In this document: in pieces, positions 25,225 through 37,934 of the stretch
Layout of the letters: each line of letters begins with the position of its first letter
Numbering within the stretch: position 1 is the first letter of the stretch
Assembly: GCA_965637545.1 (NCBI GenBank)
Contig: OZ281495.1
Coordinates: 25,544,001-25,608,000 of the forward strand
From: Phallusia mammillata
Taxonomy: Eukaryota
Direction of reading: 5' to 3'
Length of the DNA stretch: 64,000 nt
Notes under the pieces: generated by a model
The model's database searches: none
What the model was told of the DNA's origin: nothing
The model's input: only the letters and a program-made list of their open reading frames with translations
Position numbers and translations under genes: made by a program

Positions 25225-27249
25225 ATGGATATAGTCAACGCCAACGGATACACCAACGGCCATGTCGCCAATGGAATGAAAATGAAAGCCATGCAAAAGT
25301 CAGCGGTTCAAAATCATGACACCAAACGAGTCGTCAATTTTAATCCTGGGCCTGCAAAACTTCCTGAATCGGTAAGAGATTGTTTTCCCTACGGTTAAAC
25401 AGCCGTTTGACAAGGTTATATTATATACAGGTTATGAGACAAGCACAAGCAGAGTTTTTGAACTATGATGGATTAGGAATCAGTGTTATGGGTGAGTAAA
25501 ACTTGACCTGTTTTTACTTTTAACAAGAAAAAGCATTTGTGTACTTGTAGTCAAGTCTAAATTTTGTATTTAGAAATGAGCCATCGTTCTACAGAGTTCA
25601 TGAACATTATGAGTGAAACCAAGAACACCCTAATTCGACTTCTGTAAGTTGACTTAAAGAGATTCTAACTCCTGTCAAAAATACTTTGTTATAATTAGAA
25701 CTCCTAAATTTATTTAGTTATAAATTTAAAACTTTAGTCTTTATTCACAGAAACATCCCTGACAACTACAAGATCATGTTTTTACAAGGTGGAGCAACAG
25801 GCCAATTTAGTGCTCTGCCCCTGAACTTGATCCGAAGATCACCTAATTCCTCTGCAGATTACATTGTGACTGGAACTTGGTCAGCAAAAGCTGTCAAAGA
25901 AGTAAGACTATTTCTTTAGATATACACACTACTGTTTTACTGGATAAAAGTTATGATCAAATTTGATTTAACAGGCAGAAAAGTATGGAAACATCAATGT
26001 TGTCCACCCAAAACTTAAGAAATACTCAAGTAAGTACATTAGATGGCTGTCTGAAATGATCATTGGTGGATATGTGGAATTAAAATATCAAAATGTTTTT
26101 TCAGGAATACCTGACGAAACAGAATGGAATTTGGATCCTGAAGCGGCTTATGTCTACTACTGTGATAATGAAACTGCCAATGGTGTAGAATTTCCGTTTG
26201 TTCCTGAAACAGGAAATGTGCCTTTGATTGCTGATATGTCTTCCAATATTCTCTCACGGCCATTTGATATCACTAAGGTAAGATTTATTGACTACATTAA
26301 TTTTATGTATGTCTTATTTTAAAAATAAATGTTTATTTTTGATTTTAGTTTGGTGCCATTATTGCTGGAGCCCAAAAGAACATTGGCTGTGCTGGAGTGA
26401 CTTTGGTCATAATTCGTGAAGACCTTATTGGGTACAGCATGAAAGAGTGTCCTGTAGTATTGGACTACAAAACTCAAATTGGCATGAATTCCCTTTACAA
26501 CACACCACCTTCCTACAGGTATACTTCTTTACCATTTTCAATGTTGGATATAAAAGTAATTGGCCTAAAATAGATTTTGCTTTACAGCATTTACCTTATG
26601 GGTTTGGTGCTTGACTGGATACAACAGAATGGTGGAGTTATGGGTATGGCCAAAAAATGTGTTCAAAAATCACAACTTATATACACAACCATAGCGGAGT
26701 CCGATGGCTTCTATAGGTAATCACATTTTGTACTAAAAACAGGCTTTTTAATGCAACACCAATTATCCAATTCCGTGTATTTAGTTGTCTTGTTGAAAGC
26801 GGTGCCCGAAGCCGAATGAACGTGACGTTTAGGATTGGCGGTCCTGGTGGCGACGAAGCCCTTGAAAAGGAGTTCGTTGAAGAAGCGAAGAAGGCTAATA
26901 TGCTTGGTATCAAGGGACACAGGTAACCAAACAGTACGAGTGTTAATCGGTTAGCATAGCCCGATACAAGAGGCATTACCCAACACGGCATTCTGAACCT
27001 TAGATAGCGAAGAGAAAAAACTAAAATTCTAAAAAGTCCGATATGATATGTAAACTTGACCAACAAAGAATATCATTTTGCAAGATAGAATGGCGTTCTA
27101 TGACTTTTACTTTTTGCAGCTATTATAAAATATGTTTTTATTACAGATCTGTCGGTGGCATTCGTGTGTCGCTTTACAACGCTGTCACTGTGGAAGAAGT
27201 TCAATCTTTAGTTCGTTTGATGGAATCGTTTCGTCAAGCCAGACAATAG
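25225..27249 (+). CDS. PSAT1: Phosphoserine aminotransferase (10 exons)
   Basis: [51 protein letters not shown] (PLP lysine), [20 protein letters not shown]; canonical introns with consistent phases. Confidence 0.97.
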
Positions 27250-27848
27250 ATGATTTTATATTTTTTATCACAGTTTATTGCGAATTGTTTTAGCCTTCAG
27301 TTCTTACACGCTTTTTTCTTTCCATTTTCTATTTCAATGTCACCCCCTCCCTACCCTTCCAGCAAAAACACATTAAAAAAACGAAACATGAACCGTTTCG
27401 ACCCTTTTCCACCTACGGCCGGTCTTTGTGCATCAAAATTTTCGAAGATTTGGGCAAATTTTTAGGCAGTGCTTTGCCTTCATACGTTCCACTGGTCGTT
27501 GCTCAAATGTAAATATATACCTGGTGTGGTGAGGGCAACTGCTTAGCTGGCAACCACAAAGATTTCCTATTTCTATTCTTCGTTGCCTTATCCACAAACT
27601 TTTCAGAGGGCGATTTTTTATTCGACGCCAAAAATACATTGAAAACAGAAAACAAAGTCTCTCCAATTCGGGTTTTAAATTCTTTTAGGTGAATCTCGCG
27701 CTTGGTTTGTCCACAAGGTTCGTCAGTTCAACTGATCTGCAAAAAGAAGTTGTGTTGATATTATACGACCGCTCGGCACTTAAGGTTTTTAATTTGTAGA
27801 ACAGTTAAAACCATACAAGTTTAAATTCCACTTACACTTCTACATGAC

Positions 27849-30800
27849 TTATTTAGAAATAACAAAGCTGTTCCCTAAACAGGCACGCACAGTAAATGTT
27901 TTTCACGAAAGTGTTTGGGTTGCTGTTAACATGTACACTGAGAGTGACCTGACTTACAAAACGGTTGGAAGTGCATACTTTACCTCCACACGCCGACAGT
28001 GGAAATTGCTCGATTTCTCGCAAAGCAATGGCGAACACTGTCCCTAAATATTTACGCCCTGTTTCACTGAGCTGCAATCCAGAAAACAGGCGAAGGTCAC
28101 AACGTTCACGAGCAGTTTGCAAAAACCAGTGCTGTAACGACTGCATAGCTCTGCAAAAACAAATCGGTGGTTTCGTGGTAACTGTTGAGACGAAGTCATG
28201 ACTTTGTAATTGTTGCGTGACCTTTAAAGGTTATCATTATAACGTCTGATACGTGACTTTGTGGGTATAAGGGAATACTTGAATGTAAATTCGAACAGTT
28301 AGTTTGTATTTGCAAGTTGTTTCCATGTTTTTGTTTAAATGTTTAAACTTCACACCTGAGGCAAATAGCTGTCCCATATTTTCTGCAGAAATGCTTAATC
28401 ACCTGCAAATGTCGTTCTCATCCCTTGCCCAGACAAACTCATAAAGGAAGTCGGTCAACTTAGAAAGCAATTGATTTGGGACACCGGTGTTGCACATAGG
28501 TATGTCGGCAACTGTGTGAGGGTAGGGCAGACGCAGTGGTGCGTGAAAACAGAATGCCGTAACTGGTTCACTTCCTCCGGCCAAGGACTTGGTCAAATTC
28601 CGAAGACTGTCCGTTAAAAACTGCAATCAAATGAACACGGTTGTAATGCATTGCAAATACATCATTCGCATTGCGAGAGATCTGTTCTTACGGGATTCAT
28701 AATCCTCATAGATAATTAATTACATTTTGAAATTCTTTTAGGAAATTAACAGAATTCTTGCACAACATTTGCTGCTAAAACAGGGGGACTCTAAACAAAA
28801 TTTGGTGCCCGAACAGAATATTTTCGACACGCTTTTTTACCACAATCGGGAGTTATAATTTTTTAATTACCTTTAAGGCATACTAGTTGGGAATTCATAA
28901 GGTGGTCGACAAGCAAAAAAGGTTAAAAAATTACTACTTCATTCCTGCTGGGACAAAGTGCACATTTGCACAGAATAGTTTACTATTGACGGTGACGATA
29001 CTTTGACCCACATTTTATCACAGGCATACCACGCGTCGCAAGCGTGAACATTTTTAGTGTGTGCTTAGCGATGAACTGCCGGTTAATAGCCGGCGGTCGC
29101 TCACAAGAGCGTCAATGATGCTTGCCACGACCATACCTTAAAGTTGAAGCTTGGAAAAGCAAACGAATCGAGTATGTTTGCTTTGTCACCGACCTCACAA
29201 GTGCCAAGCTGCTGGATTGCGCAATCTATGAACTCAGTAACCTTGGACCTGTAAAATGAATTGTTGGCTTGATGGTTAAAATGCAATTTGGCTTTCTTAT
29301 CCAAAAAAGAGGTAACATAGAATATCAGAAATAATAATATTACGTGGGATAAATTGCGTTGGTGACAGAACGCGTTAAAATTGCTCACACGGTTGCGTTG
29401 CACGATTCGAATGTGCGCATCTCCGGAAAGAGATGCGTGTTTTTGCTGACGCGACAAACACTTACTGACAATAGCTCGATATTTGCGCATCATTGTGTAA
29501 AAAATGTTGCAATCGCTGCAAATGTGCTTTGCTACCTGCAAATTGTAACCGTGGTTTCCTTTTTAAATCGGAACAAAAGTCACTTATAAATACTTATGGA
29601 ACCGAAAGTGATTATACTGAACAATATCAGACCCTCATGGTCATTGACGATCACCGTGTATGACAATAAATAACTAATTTCCTAAAATGCCAGTTTTGTG
29701 ACATATATGTATATATATTCCATGTAAATTCATTGACTAATTGGTAAACTATTTTACATTTTCAGATGAATAATTATGACAACATTATTTCGTTCAGATT
29801 AAAAAATAATTTCGCAAGGCAAGACATTGAGGTCGCGTTCTCGAAATGTAGGTCAAATGGAAGTGTTACGCAATATTTGCCAAGTTGGGAGCACGTGGCA
29901 CGTTAGGTTTATTTGCTAACTCGTAGATAAATATAGCCTGGAGCCGGTAAAACAAGCCGACATGTAAACACAGTGACGTACACGCAACTTTGAGGTCCGG
30001 AGTAGGGGACTGGTTGCCTAAAGATGACTTCGCATTTCCACAGCGATTGCGTAACCTCCTTTACGGTGCAATTGGGCAAAAACGCTTCGTCATCTTTTAC
30101 TTCAACTGTAACAATGTGGAGTTAAAGATCGAGCAAACAAATTATGTTGTGCACAAGTTCCAATATTGGTACAGAACAAAATTAATACCTAGGGAAGAAT
30201 TTGGTGCTGAAATTACAACGTTTTGACGATCAATGTTGGTTGTTTTTGGAGGTTCTGAAAACACAATCGGTCAACGGTGTTAAAATTGTAGAACATATCT
30301 TTCCGTTGACTACTTAAAACTGGTTAACATAAACATATACTTGACTAATTAAAAGTAGTGCATCTGCAATACAAATGCACCAGTACTAAACTCACCTAAT
30401 GCAGATAAAATACTTCTCAAAGAATATTTGATTCTTGATTCCAAAATTGGCAAACCATCCATTCTGCAACAGGTAAACAATTTAATGTGTTGTAATTTTA
30501 TAAAGTAGGGAAAGCTATTAATAATACCTGGACAACAGCATGCAGCCCATTAAAACGCGTTGCGGAGAGCCGGTGTAACGTAATGTGTTCAGGACGAATC
30601 CGTCAGGAAAATCAAAAATTCCTTCGATCGTGTCGCCGACCACCGAATTCCAGTGCTAGATACAGGTAAAACGTAAAACACTTAGCTATGTTGTTCAAGG
30701 GGTGATTTTTTCATGGTATATTCTATGTCACTTTGCACATCAGGCCCACGTTTTTTTAAGGTTAAAATTAGTGTGTATAGGACTGTTACCTTGTAACACC

Positions 30801-33800
30801 ATACTTTAGTGACTAAATAAAAAAATCGATGTGTAGGCGTAGAGACAAGCGTCTAGTTAAACCGATTAGATTTTATGCGCTGATAAATTATTCACAATCG
30901 CTGCCACTGCATGAATACAATAAATATGGTATCTTTGTCGCCACCTAGGAAATGGTAATGTGAAACGTTTTTGTCTGATAGGTTGTTAAGTCCGTTAAAG
31001 TTTTGGGGTTGGCTTTTTTTCGTGTGATCCAGTCGAGATATCAGCAAAAACTTGCAAATTGTAATACATTCTCAGCACAAAAAAAGAAAAAAAAAATACG
31101 ACATTACCCTTCTGCTTTCAATTACAAAGAAAACTTCACAAAAGCTCGGTCTTGGTTGGGCGTTGAACACTTGGAAAGTTTTGTAGTCGCATCCAAATCC
31201 ATTCTGGCGAACTTTACCTTCATATAAGCTCGTCATCCCGCTTAGGTTTCCTCCGAGGGTGCTCTCCACCTTTATTAAAAAAACGTAAATGCCCTGCTAA
31301 GTTTTGCACTGCCATGGAGCTGAAGATTTTTTCGACATTTTCTTTAAACAGTGGCTGTTTTAATTATCAAGTATATAGTTGTTTTTGTTTGTTTAGTGTT
31401 TATCCTGTTTTAATTCAAAGCAGTTAAACTATTTATATTTCTTTTTCCCTACTTTTAAAGAACTCAGTCATTTTTCTTTTCCACCCCTTTTCACAGTTAT
31501 TTAAATCAGTCGAAAGCGTTCTTCACTAACATTTCAAACTAGGAATAAACCTCATTCGAAATGCACATGCATAGCTTTACGTAATCCACACCCAAAACCA
31601 ATTTAACCTTCATTCATATATTTCAGTCATGTTTTTGCTCTTTGTTATTTCATTTGGTATAGAATGCACAAAACTTGTTTAAAATTTGAAACGAAAGTTT
31701 TATTAAACTAAATATAAATTAAATATAAATAAACATAATCTGTCTTGTCTCGCTTACCGTGATTTCATACGACCCGTTTTGAGCGGAAGGATTTCGAATC
31801 CACATGAGTCCGAAGAACGGTTGTGTAGTCCTTGTTAGTGCTTCAAAGTTTTGCATTCTAATACACCAACATTTTTATCCAATTAAATAAAAATGCCATA
31901 CAACGTCACGAAGCAGGCCAGTAGCCTCAACACATCAGGCCAATAATTGCAGCTCATTTTTTACGCCGAAATTATTGGTTCGCTAACCAACCCTTTACAT
32001 TTTGTCTCGAGACAAGTACTAAATAAGTTGTTTTTATACCTGTAATATTTATCATATTCGGCAAGACCTACAAAGTCCTGGTCATCGATAAACGAAATCT
32101 GCAAAAATCAATGTCACCCATTAGAAAAGCTGTAAATTGTCATGTAAATACAGATGTTGTTTGTTCAGTTTTACCTGATTTCCGACATCGAACATATCAC
32201 GACCACCGTTGATAATCGAATCTACAGGAGCTTGTGTGTCGTCATAAATGTACTCGTACCATTCGTACACGTGACGTTGCGTGATGACATCAGACGTAGT
32301 GGCGAGTGCGTTCATAAATCGAATTAACGGAGTGTCATCTGCGGCGATATATCGCAAAGCAGGTTTGTTTTTGTCAAGGCTATCTTGCATGTTTTTACAA
32401 AGCTACATATTTGCTTTCAACTGTTATCACGTAAAATCCGAATCAAAAAGTTATTGGAAGCAGACTTGTCTACTAAATACATAATTACGCAACTTGATGT
32501 ATGTGATGTATACGACGTATTGGAAATGGAGTTTTACCAAAAGTTATACCGTTGGTTGTTATGGATTACCTATATCACCATTCGTTAAATCCACTGGGTC
32601 CAATGGGTTCACTGGGTTTACTGGGTCAACAGGCTCGTTTTCTCCCTATAAACGTCACTTAAAACTGTAAAACCACTGCCTATAGTTATACCATTATATG
32701 CAGGGTTGCCATCGACTTGAAACCAAAAATAAGGACAACCGAAAAATTTAATTTTTATACGAAACAAAACAAACGTTTTTGAATAAATCTTTGCATTTAT
32801 ACGAGCCATGACATATCATATGCAATATTTTGGCCGAAACAATCTGTTCCAGACACTCCTTGTTCGTCGAAAATACTTCACGCATTACACAACAACTCAG
32901 GTCTAGGTTTACTTTTACTTGTAGCAGGGATTTGACCAGTAATTGTTGAAAATAAGACAAAAGAAGGACTCAAGTCAAAAATAAGGACATTTCTTAGAAA
33001 TAAGGACAATGAACTTTTCTAAGACATAGCCCTTCAAAATAAGGACAAATCTTAGAAATAAGGACGGTATGGCAACCCTGATTATATGGCAGAATATTCT
33101 CTTACGTTTTCCGGTTCTTTGTCCACTACAACACTGTCAAATTGCCCTGTGGAGAGAAAAAATATGCTATTGTAGGTCCAGATTCGACAACAAACTATGC
33201 CTAGCCTACCCAATCCTCGTGTCAGAGTGGTCAACGCACTTCGTACTTGCAGCTCTGTTATTATTCTACCTCCTTCCCTAAAAACATTAACACAAATTCT
33301 AGGATTCCTCCAAAAGCAACTTTAGCTATTAGGGGCTGACGACAAAAAGCGTTTAATCATCCAGGCCTGTGTTTTGCAATAGTCACAACTGCAAACCCAA
33401 AACGAGCTGTATACATAATGGGTATGGAAATATGTTGAAAACACTTACCTCGATAGCAGCATATAACCAAGCAGGAAACGTTGAGGCCGACCTATCACTC
33501 TTACACTATTTACGATTTCGTCTGTTTCATCTGTGAAGGAAATAACTTCCAAACTGTCCGAATCTATTGAATTCCAGACCTAAAAACAGCTTTGTTTGCA
33601 ACGATTGTTAAATGCACTCGGTCCCCTTTTCGGTACAGGTTGTTGCACAAACATTAGTAACTGCTATATATTAAAATTGTATAAAAATTTGATTAAAGTA
33701 TATGTAAAAATCATACAGACGCACAAAATTAACAAACTTATTGTAATCCACCTTTTTTGTTCATAGACTGTTATTTATTTTGCGAAAACATAACTTGACA

Positions 33801-34230
33801 CGAAAAACCTGAGTCGATCCGACGGTGAAATAAACTTCCACGACACTTGGGTCGTCAGCTGAGTGAATGTGGTAAACCTCATAAGCGACTTGAAACGGCC
33901 CAGAAGTCAGATTTTTAGAGCTATACCGCAAAATTCCGCCTTCTTGGTCAGCCCCAACATTTCCATCAACCTGTATGTTGGTTACGTGTTTAAAATTTTA
34001 CTTTTGAAATTTGGTTTTGTTGTGCACAGCCAGAAACAAGTAACAAAGTTATTCAAAACGCGGTTTTTGGACACCATTAGTGGCCGATCGCACGTCAATT
34101 TGTCCGTTTTTATTCTTAGAACTACTTGATTACTAATGAGATAGACTAGCGAATTGTTGGAAGTAATCCAGATGCTTAAAATCGCACAGGCTTTTTCGCA
34201 CACACAACAGACACGGGGATGTAGCTCAGA

Positions 34231-34265
<35 letters not shown>

Positions 34266-37200
34266 GGATCGATGCCCGGCATCTCCACTGTTTATTATTT
34301 TTATTTTACTCGCCTGTAACGTAAACGTTGCCTCAGAAGCGTTTTGGTTTTCGATCCACATTAACGCAACGAATGGATGAATTGCTCTAGTGTAGAATTG
34401 ATAGTCTTCGTAACTGTATTTTCAAAGTCAATTATTATTTACTATATCGTTAACATGTCTAATTTCATGCACTGTCGAAGCGTTCAAGGGTAATTGCTAC
34501 TAGATCATAAGGGCTCTCCGTCTCATGTGATGATAATTTAGTTGAAAAACGCCTACTAAATGTAACATTTGAAGAGAAAGCATATACTTTTTAAAAACAC
34601 TAAAAACTAAGCTATTGACTGTTGTTCAATTCGGGAAAATCACAGTTCTTGCAATCGGCACTCACAAAACAGGATAAGTTTGATTCTATCACTTACTAAT
34701 AAACTTGATCGTATTTTGCTCGTTGGAAGAGGTCTGTGTTATTTTTAAATCGAATCTGAGGAAAGTGTCAAAAATGTGCATAATTAAGACGATGGTGTAA
34801 ACTACTATTAGGTTCACTTACTCGGTTTCCAAAGTCAAAGATATCGCTTCCTCCATCCTCGATAACGCTGTCATTGGTGTCGTACTTGTACGGAAACCAC
34901 AGCGGAACCCCTGCTGTAATATTGTCAGCTATGTTCTCAATGTCCTCCATAAGCATTTCAACCATTAGTTCTGTAAACGCAAAACAAACCTATTAAGTTA
35001 TTCTGTTTGAAAGCAGTTTAGTTGTTAAGCAGTTTGACCATAAAACTGCCTCTATTTTTATCAACAGGTCACCATTAAAAAATCTCAAACTACTGCGCCT
35101 CCAGTTCGAAGCATGGTGGGCCTATTTAAGTTTAAAAACAAGACACCATTTAAAAAGTGTTTAGGTTAGAAATCACGAATAGTGCATGCTGTGCTTTAGA
35201 AAAACGATTTGCAGCAGGTTAACCAGAAAAATATGAAAGTTTTTTATACTACAAACCTTGTTCAGGGCGATATGGCTCTTGCGGTGGTGGAGGCTCTGGC
35301 CCTAAAAACAAAAGATCATATAATACAAATCGAGTACACAAAATTACAGTTTTACATACTATTAGGTGAATCGCTGATTGCAATAATCCTGATCATTTCA
35401 GACATAGCACTCTCCACTTCCTGCGCTGTGACTTCAGTTCCATTGCCACTAAGAAGGTTACCACATTATAGAAGCAATTTTATGGTCGAGATACTTGGAC
35501 TGACCAACTTACCCAGATTCGAACTTAGAGAGCAGAGAGTATCCGAGAATAATCTTCCCATAATCACCTATCGCGTAAAAAGTGTTTGCGAAGCTATACT
35601 CCGGTCTTCCAGGCGTGTCAAGCATTACCTCTTGAGGTACGGTAGAGTTCCATTTCTTTGCAAAATATTTATTTCACAAACATTTTGCTTGACACATTTT
35701 ACCAAATCAAACTGAACCCTAGGAATGCGCCACAGCAAAAATTAAAGATAACAACGATATTCATCTTTTGATGCTCTTACCACAGGGTTTTCAATGATAT
35801 AAAACACTTGACAGATGGAAGGACTGTATGAACCAAACATCTGCGAAGTTGTGTACTCAAGCGTGTAACCGTCATGCTCCACTGAACCGTTAACGCTGCT
35901 GAAACTGGCATCGATGCTGCTTGCGACCAAGGAAAACACCTGATTATAGAAACAATTTGTGAGAAAGGTGCATTTGGTGACATTTGATCTTTTTAAGGCC
36001 AAAATTATAATTAAACTGTAAACTATTTTCTACAAAACGGGTTTCCATACTTCAATGTTGCTTTCTTTGTTAATTGGCTGTTCGTCTATCCACCAGAGGG
36101 CAGTGAAGGGGTATGTAATAACACTGGAGAGAATGTAATTTTGTGCCCTGGAAATTTTATGTCGTTAAATTGTTTTCGTTACAAAGTACTAACAAGCAAA
36201 ACCAACCTGTAAGTTTCGCCGTATTCCACAACTGTTGTCTGGCTGGGGTCATCGTCCCAAAATTTTATCTGAGTAAAAAAACAAAACGCATTACGATTGT
36301 AAAAATTCCTTTAAACTAAAAAAGGAAATTTGTTTATGATTTTGTTGTGGTTTAACATTTTTTTCACTGCACGTTTTTACCAGGGAGTCGAACCGGTTTG
36401 AACGGTTAATTTCAATAAACCCGAACCGAAACCGAGCCGCTAATTAAGTTACGATTTTCTAAAAACCGGAACGGAATTTAACCCCATATTTTGTTTGGCG
36501 TTGGACAAGAACCGGAATCGAACCAGTAAAAAATGCAGTCTGTTTTATATTTTGTGATTTTTCAAAACAGCGCACTGAAGAATACGCTAGATAACACTTA
36601 TAAGGCGTGTCAAAAATAACAGTGCACGGGCAAAACTATTTTGGAGTTTGATAAGGCAAGGGAGATGATGGGTAGAATTAAATCACAATAAATAAAAATT
36701 TGAACCGGTTTAAAAACCGCAAACCGGTTCGGACCGGATAATTTGCCCAAACCGGAACAAAACCCGAACCCGAAAATATAAATTTTTAAAAACCTGAACC
36801 AAACCCGAACCCTTAAAAACAAAACCAAGTGAACCCGAACCGAACCTGAATCCATATGACAAGCGGTTCGACTCCCTGGTTTTTACTATTTTTTTACCAT
36901 AGCCAGCAGCTATAGTGCTGAGGAAAACGTCCAACGACAAGTTTTCTACGTCTGTAGGCTATACCTGGTTGCCTTCGGTGTACATATCAAATCGGCCGTT
37001 TTGGATTGTGGTGACTGGTTCAACAAAATCATCAAAATCATATTGATGAAAGTTTGCTACATTGGTCGTTATATTCGACGAATGCGCGTTGATGTCTTCC
37101 AAAGCTCTTGCTATTATTTCCCCACCTAAAATTAAGAATCATTTGTCGCAGAAAAACTTTAAACACTGACTCGTGCAAACAAAGTTACGGAATGTAGCCT

Positions 37201-37302
37201 AATAGGATTAAACTTACCCAATTGTCCAGTAGTTGAATCTGCAGCAGAAATAAGTAGCCCAACTACCAAATAAAATGGTGTGTTTGGCTTCCTAAAACTC
37301 AT
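27849..37302 (-). CDS. Secreted multi-exon protein with three tandem copies of an unassigned domain and a Cys-containing C-terminal region
   Basis: Signal-peptide-like start MSFRKPNTPFYLVVGLLISAADS (ATG 37302); about 20 exons joined with mostly consistent phases. Repeat motifs are IQNGRFDMYTEGNQ, IEDGGSDIFDFGNR and IINGGRDMFDVGNQ, each followed by PSx(C/V)(E/Q)V(F/Y)(F/Y), WNS and (L/M)G(Y/C)xLLS. Junctions at 29.5-30.1 kb and the last exon (GNSFVISK*, 27849) are uncertain. Confidence 0.8.
32701..33080. mobile_element. hAT MITE in an intron
   Basis: TIRs CAGGGTTGCCAT and ATGGCAACCCTG; exact TSD ATTATATG (32693-32700, 33081-33088); subterminal AAATAAGGAC repeats. Confidence 0.9.
34215..34287 (+). 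tRNA. tRNA-Ala (anticodon AGC), intronless
   Basis: GGGGATG/CATCTCC acceptor stem with the G3:U70 Ala identity pair; D arm TAGCTCAGATGGTAGAGC; anticodon stem CGCGC/GCGCG with loop TTAGCAT; T arm CCGGG-ATCGATG-CCCGG; discriminator A. Confidence 0.96.
34298..34307 (+). terminator. Pol III oligo-dT terminator of tRNA-Ala
   Basis: TTTTT (34298-34302) and TTTT (34304-34307) about 10 nt after the tRNA 3' end. Confidence 0.7.
36381..36878. mobile_element. hAT MITE in an intron
   Basis: TIRs CAGGGAGTCGAACCG and CGGTTCGACTCCCTG; exact TSD GTTTTTAC; many subterminal AACCCGAACC/AACCGG repeats. Confidence 0.92.
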
Positions 37303-37934
37303 TTTGTAACATTAAAATGCGCTTGTACAGATAACTAATAACTGATCAATCTTCAAATGAACTAAATGTAGCCTACCTGCTGTATCTTTTTTCCTATAGG
37401 CTGGTATACACAGCGATTTTACGTCGTTTCTAGCCCCGAGCAGAGTCGAGCACTAATTTACCAATTAAATCCTGATAATACCACGGCGTTTTAATCATGG
37501 TGGACAACAATAGCGTGTAGATCAAAACTTGTATAGCCTATTCCACTTATATTCTGGTGCCTTTGTCGAAACAGGTGATAAAATACGATTGCTAGATGCA
37601 ACCTCATGTTTTTTGTTGTTGAAAATGAGCAAAATAGAAACAACTATTTTTTTATTTTTCATCCCGCAAAAATTTGTCACTAAATACTTGTTGATTATGT
37701 GTGTCTACTGTAGTGTTTTGCAGGGTACTACTTTGTAATTGTTTTTATGTTCAGAATCGCATTTCTCATCGCCAGTTGTAGTTATCAGGGAAATTGTCAT
37801 TTGTCCGCCGGTAGGTATGCGTAAAAGTTACAATATCTGCGTTGTTAGCAACCTATATTTGAAATTAAATGTACAAAAAAGTACAAATTACAAATACAAT
37901 TCTTTTCGTTTAACAGTAAATAACAAACTTACAA

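Noticed and set aside
28780-28935. Possible decayed hAT MITE (CAGGGGGACTC...AAAAAGGTTAAAAAATTACT)
   Set aside because: TIRs too degenerate and no TSD.
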